NCBI GenBank assembly: GCA_016207065.1
Contig: JACQQK010000109.1
Location: forward strand, 1,666-65,665
Direction of reading: 5' to 3'
DNA length: 64,000 nt
Origin: Nitrospinota bacterium
Lineage (GTDB): Bacteria > Nitrospinota > Nitrospinia > Nitrospinales > JACRGP01
The position numbers and the translations under genes are program-made. The notes beneath the pieces are model-generated. The model was not told the origin of the DNA and did no database searches. It was given only the letters and a program-made list of their open reading frames with translations. Shown piece by piece: positions 34,807 through 42,951 of this stretch (within the stretch, counting starts at the first letter, position 1; every line of letters starts with the position of its first letter).

Positions 34807-34876
34807 GTCATGCCCGCGAAAGCGGGCATCCAGAAATCCCTTGGAAATACCAGATTCCCGCCTGCGCGGGAATGAC
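34807..34876. repeat. Pair of GC hairpins (ATGCCCGC-GAAA-GCGGGCAT and TTCCCGC-CTGC-GCGGGAA)
   Basis: Perfect 8-bp and 7-bp stems. They give the spurious peptide ...SFPRRRESGISKGFLDARFRGHDD in track ORF 34669..34878. Located between two genes of the glycan island. Confidence 0.8.
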
Positions 34877-34911
34877 AACCAGAGACCATAAAATAGTTTT
34901 TCAGCACCCTG

Positions 34912-36690
34912 TTAGACGTACTGCGACTCGACCGCGGGAAGATTGGAGAGAAATTTGTAATTGGAGTATCTGTTGTCCTTGTAATTCAAACTCTGGTCTT
35001 TCGCGATAAATTCGATCAGTTCCTCTATCCCTTCCTCTATGGAGATTCTCGGCTCATAAGCTATGGCGTTTTTGACCTTGTCGAAATAGACCCAATAATC
35101 CCGCGCGTCGGTTTTTCCGGGCGAGCAGACCATCTCGGCCGTGGGGATGAGGCGGACGACTTCCTTGCCCAAATCCTCGATCCGCAGGTTTTGCTCGTTG
35201 CTACCGATATTGAAAATCTCTCCCCGCACCTTTTCGATCGGCGCTTCGAGGCAGGCGACAAAGCCGTCGGCGACGTCCGCCACATGGACCATGGGGCGGA
35301 ACTGGTTCCCCCCATCGACATAAAACTTCCCCTCCTTGATCGCCTTGGCCACGAACAGGTTCAACACGAGGTCGAAGCGGGGCCTGGGCGACAAACCGTA
35401 AACCGTGCCCAAACGCAGAATCGTCGGCGAAAAATTTTCGTCCACCATCTCAAGGATCGCGTTTTCCGAATAAATCTTGCTTCGCGCATAGAGCGAGACG
35501 GGATTTAACGGCGAGGTTTCCGAAAGCTTTTCCGGGGACGCTCCATAGACGCTACAGGTGGACGAGAAAAGGAACCGGTTGATCTGGTGATGTTTGCAAA
35601 TGTCGGCCAGAAGCTTGGCCGCCAGGTAGTTGCTTTCGATGGTGAACCGGGAATCGATGGCGCAGGCGGGGTCGCCGACGATCGCGGCCAAATGGACCAT
35701 GGCGTCCATACCCCCGATCGCCGAAACCACTTCCTCGATATGACGGATATCGCCTTTGACCAGTTCGAAGTTTGGGTTGGAATAGAGTTCCCGTATGGGT
35801 CCGTCCCCATAGAGCAGGTTGTCCAGGACCCTCACCTTATAGCCTTTTTGCAACAACTTGCCACATAAGATCGAACCGATGTAGCCCGCGCCTCCCGTGA
35901 TCAATACATTTTTCACTTTGTCCTTGAAAATCACCTCGTCGTCGCCGACGAAAAACAACGTCGATTCCGGGTCCAGTTCGTCGTGAATGGCCAGGTCCTT
36001 GAGATGGTTGTCCGCGTCCAGGATGGGGACTTTGATTTCCCCCAAAGCGAGGGGGATTTTCAATTTGCTCAAACGGATTTTGGAGTCCACCAGCCGGAGC
36101 AATGCCTTCTTGGTAAGCCCTTGCAGTCCCGTGATGGGGTTTTTATTCATTATTTTCTCGACGGGCGTTTCGGCGTCATGGCCGTCGAGGATGGCGTCCC
36201 GAATGTCCCTTTCGGTGACCAATCCCAAAAACTTGTTTTTCTCGTCCGCCACCAAAACCAGGTTGAGGTTGATGGTATCCAGGATTTTAATGACCTTTTT
36301 AATCGTCGCGCCGGGCTGAACGATTATCTTCTTGAAATATTCCTTGCGAGATAAACTTTCGGTCCTGGTTTTTCTTTGGACCAGATGGACCGCCTTTATC
36401 TTCCCGGCTTTATCCAAAACCGGGACATATCCGGAAAAATCCTCGGGAAGGTTGGCCAATTCCCTCTCCTCGCCGACAGTCGCGGGGCCCTTATTCATCA
36501 CCGTCTCAACGGGGAAGTTGAGGTCTGTATTGCCCAACAGGGCCGCGCGGACATGGTGCATTTCAACCGTCCCAAGAAGCTTGCCGTGGGGATCCACCAC
36601 CGTGCCGAACAGGATGTCAGACTTGTTAAATTGTTCCAAGACTTGGAAAAGGGCGGTATGGGGAGCGAATTTAAGGAATTTTGCCGACAT
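34912..36690 (-). CDS. Fusion of four CBS motifs (two Bateman modules) to an extended-SDR NAD-dependent sugar epimerase/dehydratase
   Basis: N-terminal ~255 aa carry four CBS-like motifs (...GKLLGTVEMHHVRAAL, ...YVPVLDKAGKIKAVHL, ...LVADEKNKFLGLVTERDIRDAIL, ...VPILDADNHLKDLAIHD). Then VLITGGAGYIGS Rossmann motif and YARSK catalytic motif. Confidence 0.85.
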   Translation of the reverse strand: MSAKFLKFAPHTALFQVLEQFNKSDILFGTVVDPHGKLLGTVEMHHVRAALLGNTDLNFPVETVMNKGPATVGEERELANLPEDFSGYVPVLDKAGKIKAVHLVQRKTRTESLSRKEYFKKIIVQPGATIKKVIKILDTINLNLVLVADEKNKFLGLVTERDIRDAILDGHDAETPVEKIMNKNPITGLQGLTKKALLRLVDSKIRLSKLKIPLALGEIKVPILDADNHLKDLAIHDELDPESTLFFVGDDEVIFKDKVKNVLITGGAGYIGSILCGKLLQKGYKVRVLDNLLYGDGPIRELYSNPNFELVKGDIRHIEEVVSAIGGMDAMVHLAAIVGDPACAIDSRFTIESNYLAAKLLADICKHHQINRFLFSSTCSVYGASPEKLSETSPLNPVSLYARSKIYSENAILEMVDENFSPTILRLGTVYGLSPRPRFDLVLNLFVAKAIKEGKFYVDGGNQFRPMVHVADVADGFVACLEAPIEKVRGEIFNIGSNEQNLRIEDLGKEVVRLIPTAEMVCSPGKTDARDYWVYFDKVKNAIAYEPRISIEEGIEELIEFIAKDQSLNYKDNRYSNYKFLSNLPAVESQYV

Positions 36691-37028
36691 GTCCGTTTTT
36701 ACCCGAACCTTGGATGGCGCATATTATTTATCGGCGGACGTGGCCCGAGGGTTAAGGTTGAAAAACTCAAAACTCGAAAACCGGGGGTATCTTATTGGCA
36801 AGAACTTATGGCACGCGCGGCCGACACGGGCCAACGTCCTTGATCTTCCGGCCCATTTTATGGGTCATTATATGAGTTGCCTTCCCGGCGTGTCAAGACG
36901 AACGTGACCCCTCTCGAAATTAGTCCCTTCGGCATTTCCCGCCAATGGTATAATTTCGCGGAGTTCGTAGAAAAGTCCAACCCGGTCCCGCCGGAAAACC
37001 GGCGGAACCCATTCCCCATTGCTGAAAA

Positions 37029-38042
37029 ATGAAAATTGACACGATCGATCTGGAAAAAGAAGTTCTGATCATTGCCGAAATCGGCAACAATCACGAAGGC
37101 GATTTCTCCCTGGCGAAAAAAATGATCTCCGCCGCGGCCAGGGCCGGAGCCCATGCGGTGAAATTCCAAACCATCGTACCCGAAAGGTTTGTAGCGCCCA
37201 GCCAGAAAGGCGCATTCGACCTTTTCTCGAAGTTCCGGTTCAATTACGAGCAGTTCGCCCAATTGAAGGAAACGGCGGACGGCGAGGGCGTCGTGTTTTT
37301 GTCCACGCCTTTCGATATCGACAGCGCGCGGTTTTTGAATTCATTGGTCCCGGCCTTTAAGATCGCCTCCGGGGACAATAATTTCTGGCCGCTCATCGAG
37401 ACGGTCGCCAGAACGGGGAAACCCATCCTGCTGTCCGCCGGGATGGCCAATTCCAACGAAATTCTGCGCGCCAAATGGTTCATAGAAAACCTCCTCGGGC
37501 CGGACAAGACCCAAAGCTCCCTGGCCGTTCTGCACTGCATTTCCCTGTATCCAACCCCTCCAGGCAAGGCCCATCTCCTTTCCATCCCGGCCCTCAAGCA
37601 AAGGCTGGGCGTCACGGTCGGTTACTCGGACCATACGATAGGGACCGACGCGGCCGTCCTGGCCGTTGCCTTGGGAGCCCGCGTGATCGAAAAACATTTC
37701 ACGCTCGACAAGAATTATTCCGATTTTCCCGACCACCGGATTTCCATGGACCCCAGGGACCTGGCCCAACTGGTTGAAAAAATCGCCCAGGCGGGGGAGC
37801 TTCTGGGGACCGCAAGCCCCGGCGTCGGGGCCGAGGAATTGGAGGTCGCCAAGGTCGCCAGGCGTTCCATCGCCGCCAGCCGCGATTTGGCCAAGGGGAC
37901 GCGTCTCGAATGGGACCATCTGACGTGGCTGAGGCCGGGAAACGGTCTTGCGCCGGGAGAGGAAGGCAAGGTCCTTGGGAAAATCTTGAAAAGTCCGGTC
38001 CCGAAGGGGAATCGTATCTTGCCGGAAGACTTGGAGAACTAA
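37029..38042 (+). CDS. Nonulosonic acid synthase (NeuB/PseI/LegI family) with C-terminal SAF domain
   Basis: LIIAEIGNNHEGDFSLAKKMISAAARAGAHAVKFQT..., ...GYSDHTIGTDAAVLAVALGARVIEKHFTLD..., and a C-terminal RSIAASRDLAKGTRL SAF-like segment. Confidence 0.9.
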   Translation: MKIDTIDLEKEVLIIAEIGNNHEGDFSLAKKMISAAARAGAHAVKFQTIVPERFVAPSQKGAFDLFSKFRFNYEQFAQLKETADGEGVVFLSTPFDIDSARFLNSLVPAFKIASGDNNFWPLIETVARTGKPILLSAGMANSNEILRAKWFIENLLGPDKTQSSLAVLHCISLYPTPPGKAHLLSIPALKQRLGVTVGYSDHTIGTDAAVLAVALGARVIEKHFTLDKNYSDFPDHRISMDPRDLAQLVEKIAQAGELLGTASPGVGAEELEVAKVARRSIAASRDLAKGTRLEWDHLTWLRPGNGLAPGEEGKVLGKILKSPVPKGNRILPEDLEN

Positions 38043-38093
38043 ACCCGGCAGGGCGTTCCCCGGTCGAGGGGAAGATGGCGTTTCGGCGGAGCG

Positions 38094-38681
38094 TTATCGC
38101 GCCTTGGCTCGCGCGTCGCGCCTGGCGTTCTTTTTGCGCGGCAATCGCGCGAGGTCTTCCCGCAAGATGCCGAATCTTTTAACGTCCAAATATTTCCCCG
38201 ATAGAAACATGGCTTGCCTTAGCGTGCCCTCGTGCGTCCATCCTTGCTTTTTCAGTATCGACTCCATGGCGGGATGGACGGTGCCCGCCTCCAGCCGCCG
38301 GAGATTGAGGACCTCGAAAGCGTGCCGGGCAAGCAACTGCCAGGCTTCCCGGCCGTAGCCTTTGCCCTGCGCGTCTTCCTTGCCGATCATGATGGACAGT
38401 TCCCCGCTCCGCGCGATCCAGTTGATCGAACTCAATAGAATATTTCCGATGTGCCGCTCCCCCTTTTTTTCCACAATGGCCAGCAACAGATTCTTTTTCC
38501 CGCCGCAATCGTTCAGGTAGCGGGCCAGATCGCCTTCGGTGGTGGGCCACGACAGCCGGTTCGAATACCGGTTGATTTTATAATTATTCAACCATCGGAG
38601 ATATTCTTTTTTATCGTCGCTTTCCAATACGGGCCTTAAATAAATTTTCTTCCCTTCAATAAAGACGATCTGTTTTTTCAT
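38094..38681 (-). CDS. GNAT N-acetyltransferase (RimJ/RimL-like, PseH/SpsD-like role plausible)
   Basis: ATG at 38681 overlaps the upstream stop (ATGA). KKIYLRPVLESDDKKEYLRWLNN..., ...IGKEDAQGKGYGREAWQLLARHAFEVLNLRRLEAG... Confidence 0.8.
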   Translation of the reverse strand: MKKQIVFIEGKKIYLRPVLESDDKKEYLRWLNNYKINRYSNRLSWPTTEGDLARYLNDCGGKKNLLLAIVEKKGERHIGNILLSSINWIARSGELSIMIGKEDAQGKGYGREAWQLLARHAFEVLNLRRLEAGTVHPAMESILKKQGWTHEGTLRQAMFLSGKYLDVKRFGILREDLARLPRKKNARRDARAKAR

Positions 38682-39778
38682 GAGCGATGCCGACGGCTTA
38701 GTTGATTCTCGATTAATTGACAAATGGCCCGAACCGAGGCGTTTCTTTTTTCGGGACCTAAAAAATAATTTCTATTTTGCGCCTCAAAGGTCTTTGAATT
38801 CAAGAGGTTTTGCAGATCGGAGGGACGTTTCAGAATATTTATGCCGTAGGGCAGTTTCAACCCTTTGGTTTCGTGAGGCTGATAGCTGACGCAATTGAGG
38901 TCCAAGAGATGGGCCTCGACCAGGAGCATGGAGGTCATGCCCACGATCAGGTCTGAAGCCGCCAGGAGTTCATAAACATTCGCGCCCGTGAAATCCGACA
39001 AAACCGCCCGTCCGCCCGGGGTCGCTTCTTTCCATGAGCCGGAATTTTCTCGAGGATGCCTTTTGACGACCAGTTTTATGGGATGGGGTAAAGAGGAGCG
39101 ATTCAACGCCTCAATCAAATCGCGCATAACCATGTTTTCGTCGTAACCCCATTTTTCCGCTCCATGGTCGAGGGCGATGGGTTGGGACAAAAAGCTAACG
39201 ACAAAGTCGTTTTGCGAAAACCCCAACTTGCTTCTCAAGTGAAGGGGGCCGGCTTTGTCCAGGGTGTTTTCTTTTATGTCCCATAAACGCTCCAAATACG
39301 GGTTGCCGGTGATTTGGATGGAACTTTCCGGGAACCCCTCATCGACCAACCCTTCCTTCATGCTTTCGTCGGCGACGCAAATGACGTTGGGCAGACAGTC
39401 CAGGGTCTCCCTGGAATCCGAGCTGTAGCGTATGCGGTAGTTGCTCCAAAAGTCCAAAATGGAAATGGTGAAAATCCCCAGCGACCGCGCGGCCGCGATA
39501 AACCGGCCCTCGATGTTTCCCAACCGGCTGTCCCGCAACGAGGAGCCGGAGATCAGCGCTTTGGGGCCGGCGTCTTGCAAAACGCGCAAGATCGTTTTTT
39601 CGTCATAAGAGCCGTCCACGATCCGGAAGGGAATGTTTTCCTGACGTAATGTTTCCTGTCCATGATCGGCAACAAAGCACTGGAAGAGAATCCGGCGGGA
39701 CCGGATTTCCCGGATGACCGGAAACAGCGCGTTGAAGCTTCCCGGTTGGTTCCCGACAAAAACGCAATCCGCCTTCAT
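38678..39778 (-). CDS. Uncharacterised GT-B-fold-like protein (candidate glycosyl/nonulosonate transferase)
   Basis: ATG at 39778 overlaps the aminotransferase stop (ATGA). The C-terminal pattern ...KLVVKRHPRE...VYELLAASDLIVGMTSMLLVEAHLLDLNCVSYQP resembles nucleotide-sugar-binding halves of GT-B enzymes. No family recognised with certainty. Confidence 0.5.
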   Translation of the reverse strand: MKADCVFVGNQPGSFNALFPVIREIRSRRILFQCFVADHGQETLRQENIPFRIVDGSYDEKTILRVLQDAGPKALISGSSLRDSRLGNIEGRFIAAARSLGIFTISILDFWSNYRIRYSSDSRETLDCLPNVICVADESMKEGLVDEGFPESSIQITGNPYLERLWDIKENTLDKAGPLHLRSKLGFSQNDFVVSFLSQPIALDHGAEKWGYDENMVMRDLIEALNRSSLPHPIKLVVKRHPRENSGSWKEATPGGRAVLSDFTGANVYELLAASDLIVGMTSMLLVEAHLLDLNCVSYQPHETKGLKLPYGINILKRPSDLQNLLNSKTFEAQNRNYFLGPEKRNASVRAICQLIENQLSRRHRS

Positions 39779-41061
39779 TGACCGTTCAATTGGGACAAGA
39801 TGTCCAGCCCGCCGAAAACTTTGTGGAAGGCCTCGGAGATCGCGTCCAGATCGCCCTCGGAAAGTTCGTGCTTGCAGGGTTCGAAGAGGAACAAATCCTC
39901 CTCGTGCATGCGTTCGGCCGCGGGACAAAGCCCCTTTTCATAATTCAGCTTGCCGTCATGAAACGCGCAGGTAAATGGACATCCCTTTTCCCCGTAACCG
40001 ATGCGTTTTTGGTAAATCGGTTGCAAGTACAAAGGCTTGACGTATCCCGCCCCAAGGGGCACCCCCTCCGCCTGCAACGCCTTCACGACCAGATTCCGGG
40101 GGACGGCGCGATGGGGCCGGTATTTCATGGCGTACACATAATAAACGTGCCGGCAACCGGGCCTGACAACGGGGGTTTGTAGCCCCTCGATATCCGACAA
40201 CCTGCGGGTCAGGCCGTCGGCGATCGCGATCCGCGAGGCCACCAGGCGGTCGATCTTTTTCAGTTGTTCGATGCCGATGGCGGCTTCGATCTCCCCCAGG
40301 CGGAAATTGAAACCGATCATGTTCGTCAAACTGGCCGCCTCCTTCTGCTCGATCGCGGCCTCGGCATGGTTGCGGATCATGCACAACCGTTCGGCCAGTC
40401 CGTCGTCGTTGGTAACGCATACGCCGCCCTCGCCGGTATGGATGTGCTTGTGATAATTCAGGCTGAAAACGCCGATATCGCCGATCGTGCCCGCCAGGCG
40501 GCCATCGTATTCCGCCAGGGGGGACTGCGCGTTGTCTTCGATTATCTTGATGCCGCGCTTGCCGGCTATTTCCCGGATACGGTTATAATCCGCGGGATGT
40601 CCAAAAATATTGGAGACCATCAGGGCCTTGGTGTTTTTGGTGATCCGCTCCTCGATGGAATGGGGGTCCATGTTGAACGTGTCCGGATCGATATCGGCGA
40701 ACACGGGCAGGGCGTTAAAAACCAAAATCGCCGCGGCGCTGGCGGACATGGTGTAGGGGGACACGATCACCTCGTCGCCGGGTCCCGCCCCGACGGCCCC
40801 GACGGCCGCGGCCAGACAGGAAGTCGCGGAGTTCATGGTCACGGCATGCTTGACGCCGAACCTTTCTCGCCAAGCTTGTTCGAAAGCCTGGACCTGCCGG
40901 CCTCCATGGAAATTCTTGCCCCGTGCCCCGACAAAATCCGAAAGGACGCCCGACTGCAGGACCTTGTTGACGGCCTGGATCTCCGCTTCGTCGATATGAT
41001 TGTATTTTCGGAACGGTTTGTCGATCGCGGGTTTTCCGCCCAAGATGGCCAGCGCGCTCAT
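39775..41061 (-). CDS. DegT/DnrJ/EryC1/StrS-family PLP sugar aminotransferase (PseC/LegC/SpsC-like)
   Basis: MSALAILGGKP..., ...VIVSPYTMSASAAAI..., ...FSLNYHKHIHTGEGG... (PLP Lys region), 428 aa. Confidence 0.88.
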   Translation of the reverse strand: MSALAILGGKPAIDKPFRKYNHIDEAEIQAVNKVLQSGVLSDFVGARGKNFHGGRQVQAFEQAWRERFGVKHAVTMNSATSCLAAAVGAVGAGPGDEVIVSPYTMSASAAAILVFNALPVFADIDPDTFNMDPHSIEERITKNTKALMVSNIFGHPADYNRIREIAGKRGIKIIEDNAQSPLAEYDGRLAGTIGDIGVFSLNYHKHIHTGEGGVCVTNDDGLAERLCMIRNHAEAAIEQKEAASLTNMIGFNFRLGEIEAAIGIEQLKKIDRLVASRIAIADGLTRRLSDIEGLQTPVVRPGCRHVYYVYAMKYRPHRAVPRNLVVKALQAEGVPLGAGYVKPLYLQPIYQKRIGYGEKGCPFTCAFHDGKLNYEKGLCPAAERMHEEDLFLFEPCKHELSEGDLDAISEAFHKVFGGLDILSQLNGQ

Positions 41062-42056
41062 GCTTTACCCCGGATGGATTGTTCTTTGATTCGGACGCAG
41101 GTCTCCAGAGTCCCGAATGCCGATTGGCCGTCCGAGGCCAACGGGGCGCCATCGAGCAAACTCCGGTAAATTCCATCCATGACGTTATACTGGTAACGGT
41201 CCATGTCCTGGCCGGCCGGCAAGTCTTCTTCTTCAAGGACGCGGCCATTATTACGATCGCCGGAACCGCGCGCCCGGAAGAGTTGGATTTTCCAACCATT
41301 GTCCAATATCTTCACCCGGCCGCGTTCGAATAACATATCGATTTCCAGCAACCGGAGAAATTCGTCCGAGCTGGCCTGAAAACACGCGTCAAACGATTCG
41401 AATCGCAACAGGAAGTCAAGGTGAGGGTCTTCCGCGCCGATGCCTTTGTCGCGGATGAAGAGGGTTTCCCGCTCGGGACCGAAAAAATAATGAAACAAAT
41501 CGATGGCGTGCGAGGCGTAGTTGAACAATCCTTTGGAATACCAACACTGGGCCGAGGCCGGAGGGCCCAAGGAACCGCCGTCTATCGTCTTTTTCGCTCC
41601 GATGATTCCCGGGTCCCATCGACGGATGTAATTCACCGCTATTTTATAATTATTTTGGCTCAGGTTCAACATCTCCCGGGCTTCGTCAAGGGAATAGGCC
41701 AGCGGCTTTTCCATTAAAATCAAGGCGGCGCGGGACGGATGGACTTCTTTCAGGGAAGAGAGGTGCAGGCGGGTCGGGGTGCAAATGGACACGCAATCGG
41801 CGGCGCGCCCACCGCTTTTCATCAGAGCGTCGAAACTCGGGTACGCCTTGACCCCGGTATGCCGCTCAAAATCGGCGCGTTTTTTCTCGTCGATGTCCAC
41901 GCCGCCGACCAACTCGAAACCGGGGTGCTCCCGGTAAGCCTTGGCGTGCGAAAAAATCCGGCCCGGCCCAGAGTCCAGGTCGTAACGGAACCCGATGTTC
42001 CCCAGCCCCACCACCGCCGCGGTCAACCTCTTTTTACCGGAGTCGCCCATGGTCAC
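41058..42056 (-). CDS. Gfo/Idh/MocA-family NAD(P) oxidoreductase
   Basis: LTAAVVGLGNIGFRY Rossmann N-terminus, 332 aa. GTG at 42056 overlaps the upstream stop, and an alternative ATG lies at 42050. Confidence 0.8.
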   Translation of the reverse strand: MTMGDSGKKRLTAAVVGLGNIGFRYDLDSGPGRIFSHAKAYREHPGFELVGGVDIDEKKRADFERHTGVKAYPSFDALMKSGGRAADCVSICTPTRLHLSSLKEVHPSRAALILMEKPLAYSLDEAREMLNLSQNNYKIAVNYIRRWDPGIIGAKKTIDGGSLGPPASAQCWYSKGLFNYASHAIDLFHYFFGPERETLFIRDKGIGAEDPHLDFLLRFESFDACFQASSDEFLRLLEIDMLFERGRVKILDNGWKIQLFRARGSGDRNNGRVLEEEDLPAGQDMDRYQYNVMDGIYRSLLDGAPLASDGQSAFGTLETCVRIKEQSIRGKA

Positions 42057-42784
42057 TCGGATTTTTGGCGGACATGGGTGTTGATCTTGACCAATTCCGG
42101 ACGCGCGTCCAGGAAACCGAGGATGTCGTCGAAGGAAAAAGCGGGCTGGCCCGGATACAGGTTTTCGAAAATTATTTTTATCAGCTTGTAATCTTCCGGC
42201 GTGTCGAGGGTCAAACGCCAGTTGGGGCGGATTTGGTCCGCGGCGGGTTCCAGGCTAAACAAGGAGAACCGGGCGGGATTCCGGTGAATGTATCGCGTCA
42301 CATGCTCCTGGTCCAACGGGTCGTCCGCGGCGGCGTTTACTTTTTGCAGGAGATTCGCGGAAAATACCTGCGCGATCATTCCGTGCGGATAACCGGGCTT
42401 AAGGATGTTGCTGACGAAGTCATAATTATTTTGCTTGTAAATATCGACCATCCGGTCGACCAGGACGGGGTCCAAAAGCGGGTTGTCTCCGGTCAATTCC
42501 ACGATGATATCTGTCTTTGACGCGACGGCGCACTCCAAGACCCTTTGCAGGACGTTATTTTCGGAACCGCGATGGCAAGGGACGCCCAGCGATTCGCACA
42601 GGTCGGCGATCGCCTGGTCGGCGGGGTTCGCCGTGGTGGCCATCCAGACGCCGTCCAGAGCGCGGCATTTCCTCATCCGTTCGACCAGCAATTCCAACAT
42701 CGGTTTCCCGCAAGCCGGCAACAATACCTTGCCCGGCAGACGCGTGGACGCCATCCTGGCCTGTATAATAGCGTTGGTTTTCAT
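42053..42784 (-). CDS. Acylneuraminate cytidylyltransferase-family enzyme (SpsF/PseF-like CMP-nonulosonate synthetase)
   Basis: MKTNAIIQARMASTRLPGKVLLPACGKPMLELLVERM... is the SpsF-type N-terminus. 243 aa. Confidence 0.85.
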   Translation of the reverse strand: MKTNAIIQARMASTRLPGKVLLPACGKPMLELLVERMRKCRALDGVWMATTANPADQAIADLCESLGVPCHRGSENNVLQRVLECAVASKTDIIVELTGDNPLLDPVLVDRMVDIYKQNNYDFVSNILKPGYPHGMIAQVFSANLLQKVNAAADDPLDQEHVTRYIHRNPARFSLFSLEPAADQIRPNWRLTLDTPEDYKLIKIIFENLYPGQPAFSFDDILGFLDARPELVKINTHVRQKSE

Positions 42785-42951
42785 TAATAAAATTTTATTT
42801 TGAGAGGGCCATTATATCCTATAGTATCCTTGAGGACTTTAATCTTATTAGATGGCTTAAACAATTTAAACATAATTTTTAATCCTCTGGATCCCCTGGT
42901 TTTTGCTCCTGATCGGGCGGCGATTTTCCGTGCATTCTGGACAATACGCAT

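Noticed and set aside
34669-34878. Repeat-derived small ORFs (34669..34878, 4416..4718, 733..990, 60896..61162, 13022..13216, 10388..10746)
   Set aside because: Each is the translation of hairpin or mosaic repeat DNA (peptides such as RFRGHDD, LRYARNDA, PLYKGE, AAPRLRRG). The same peptides arise wherever the repeat occurs, regardless of context.
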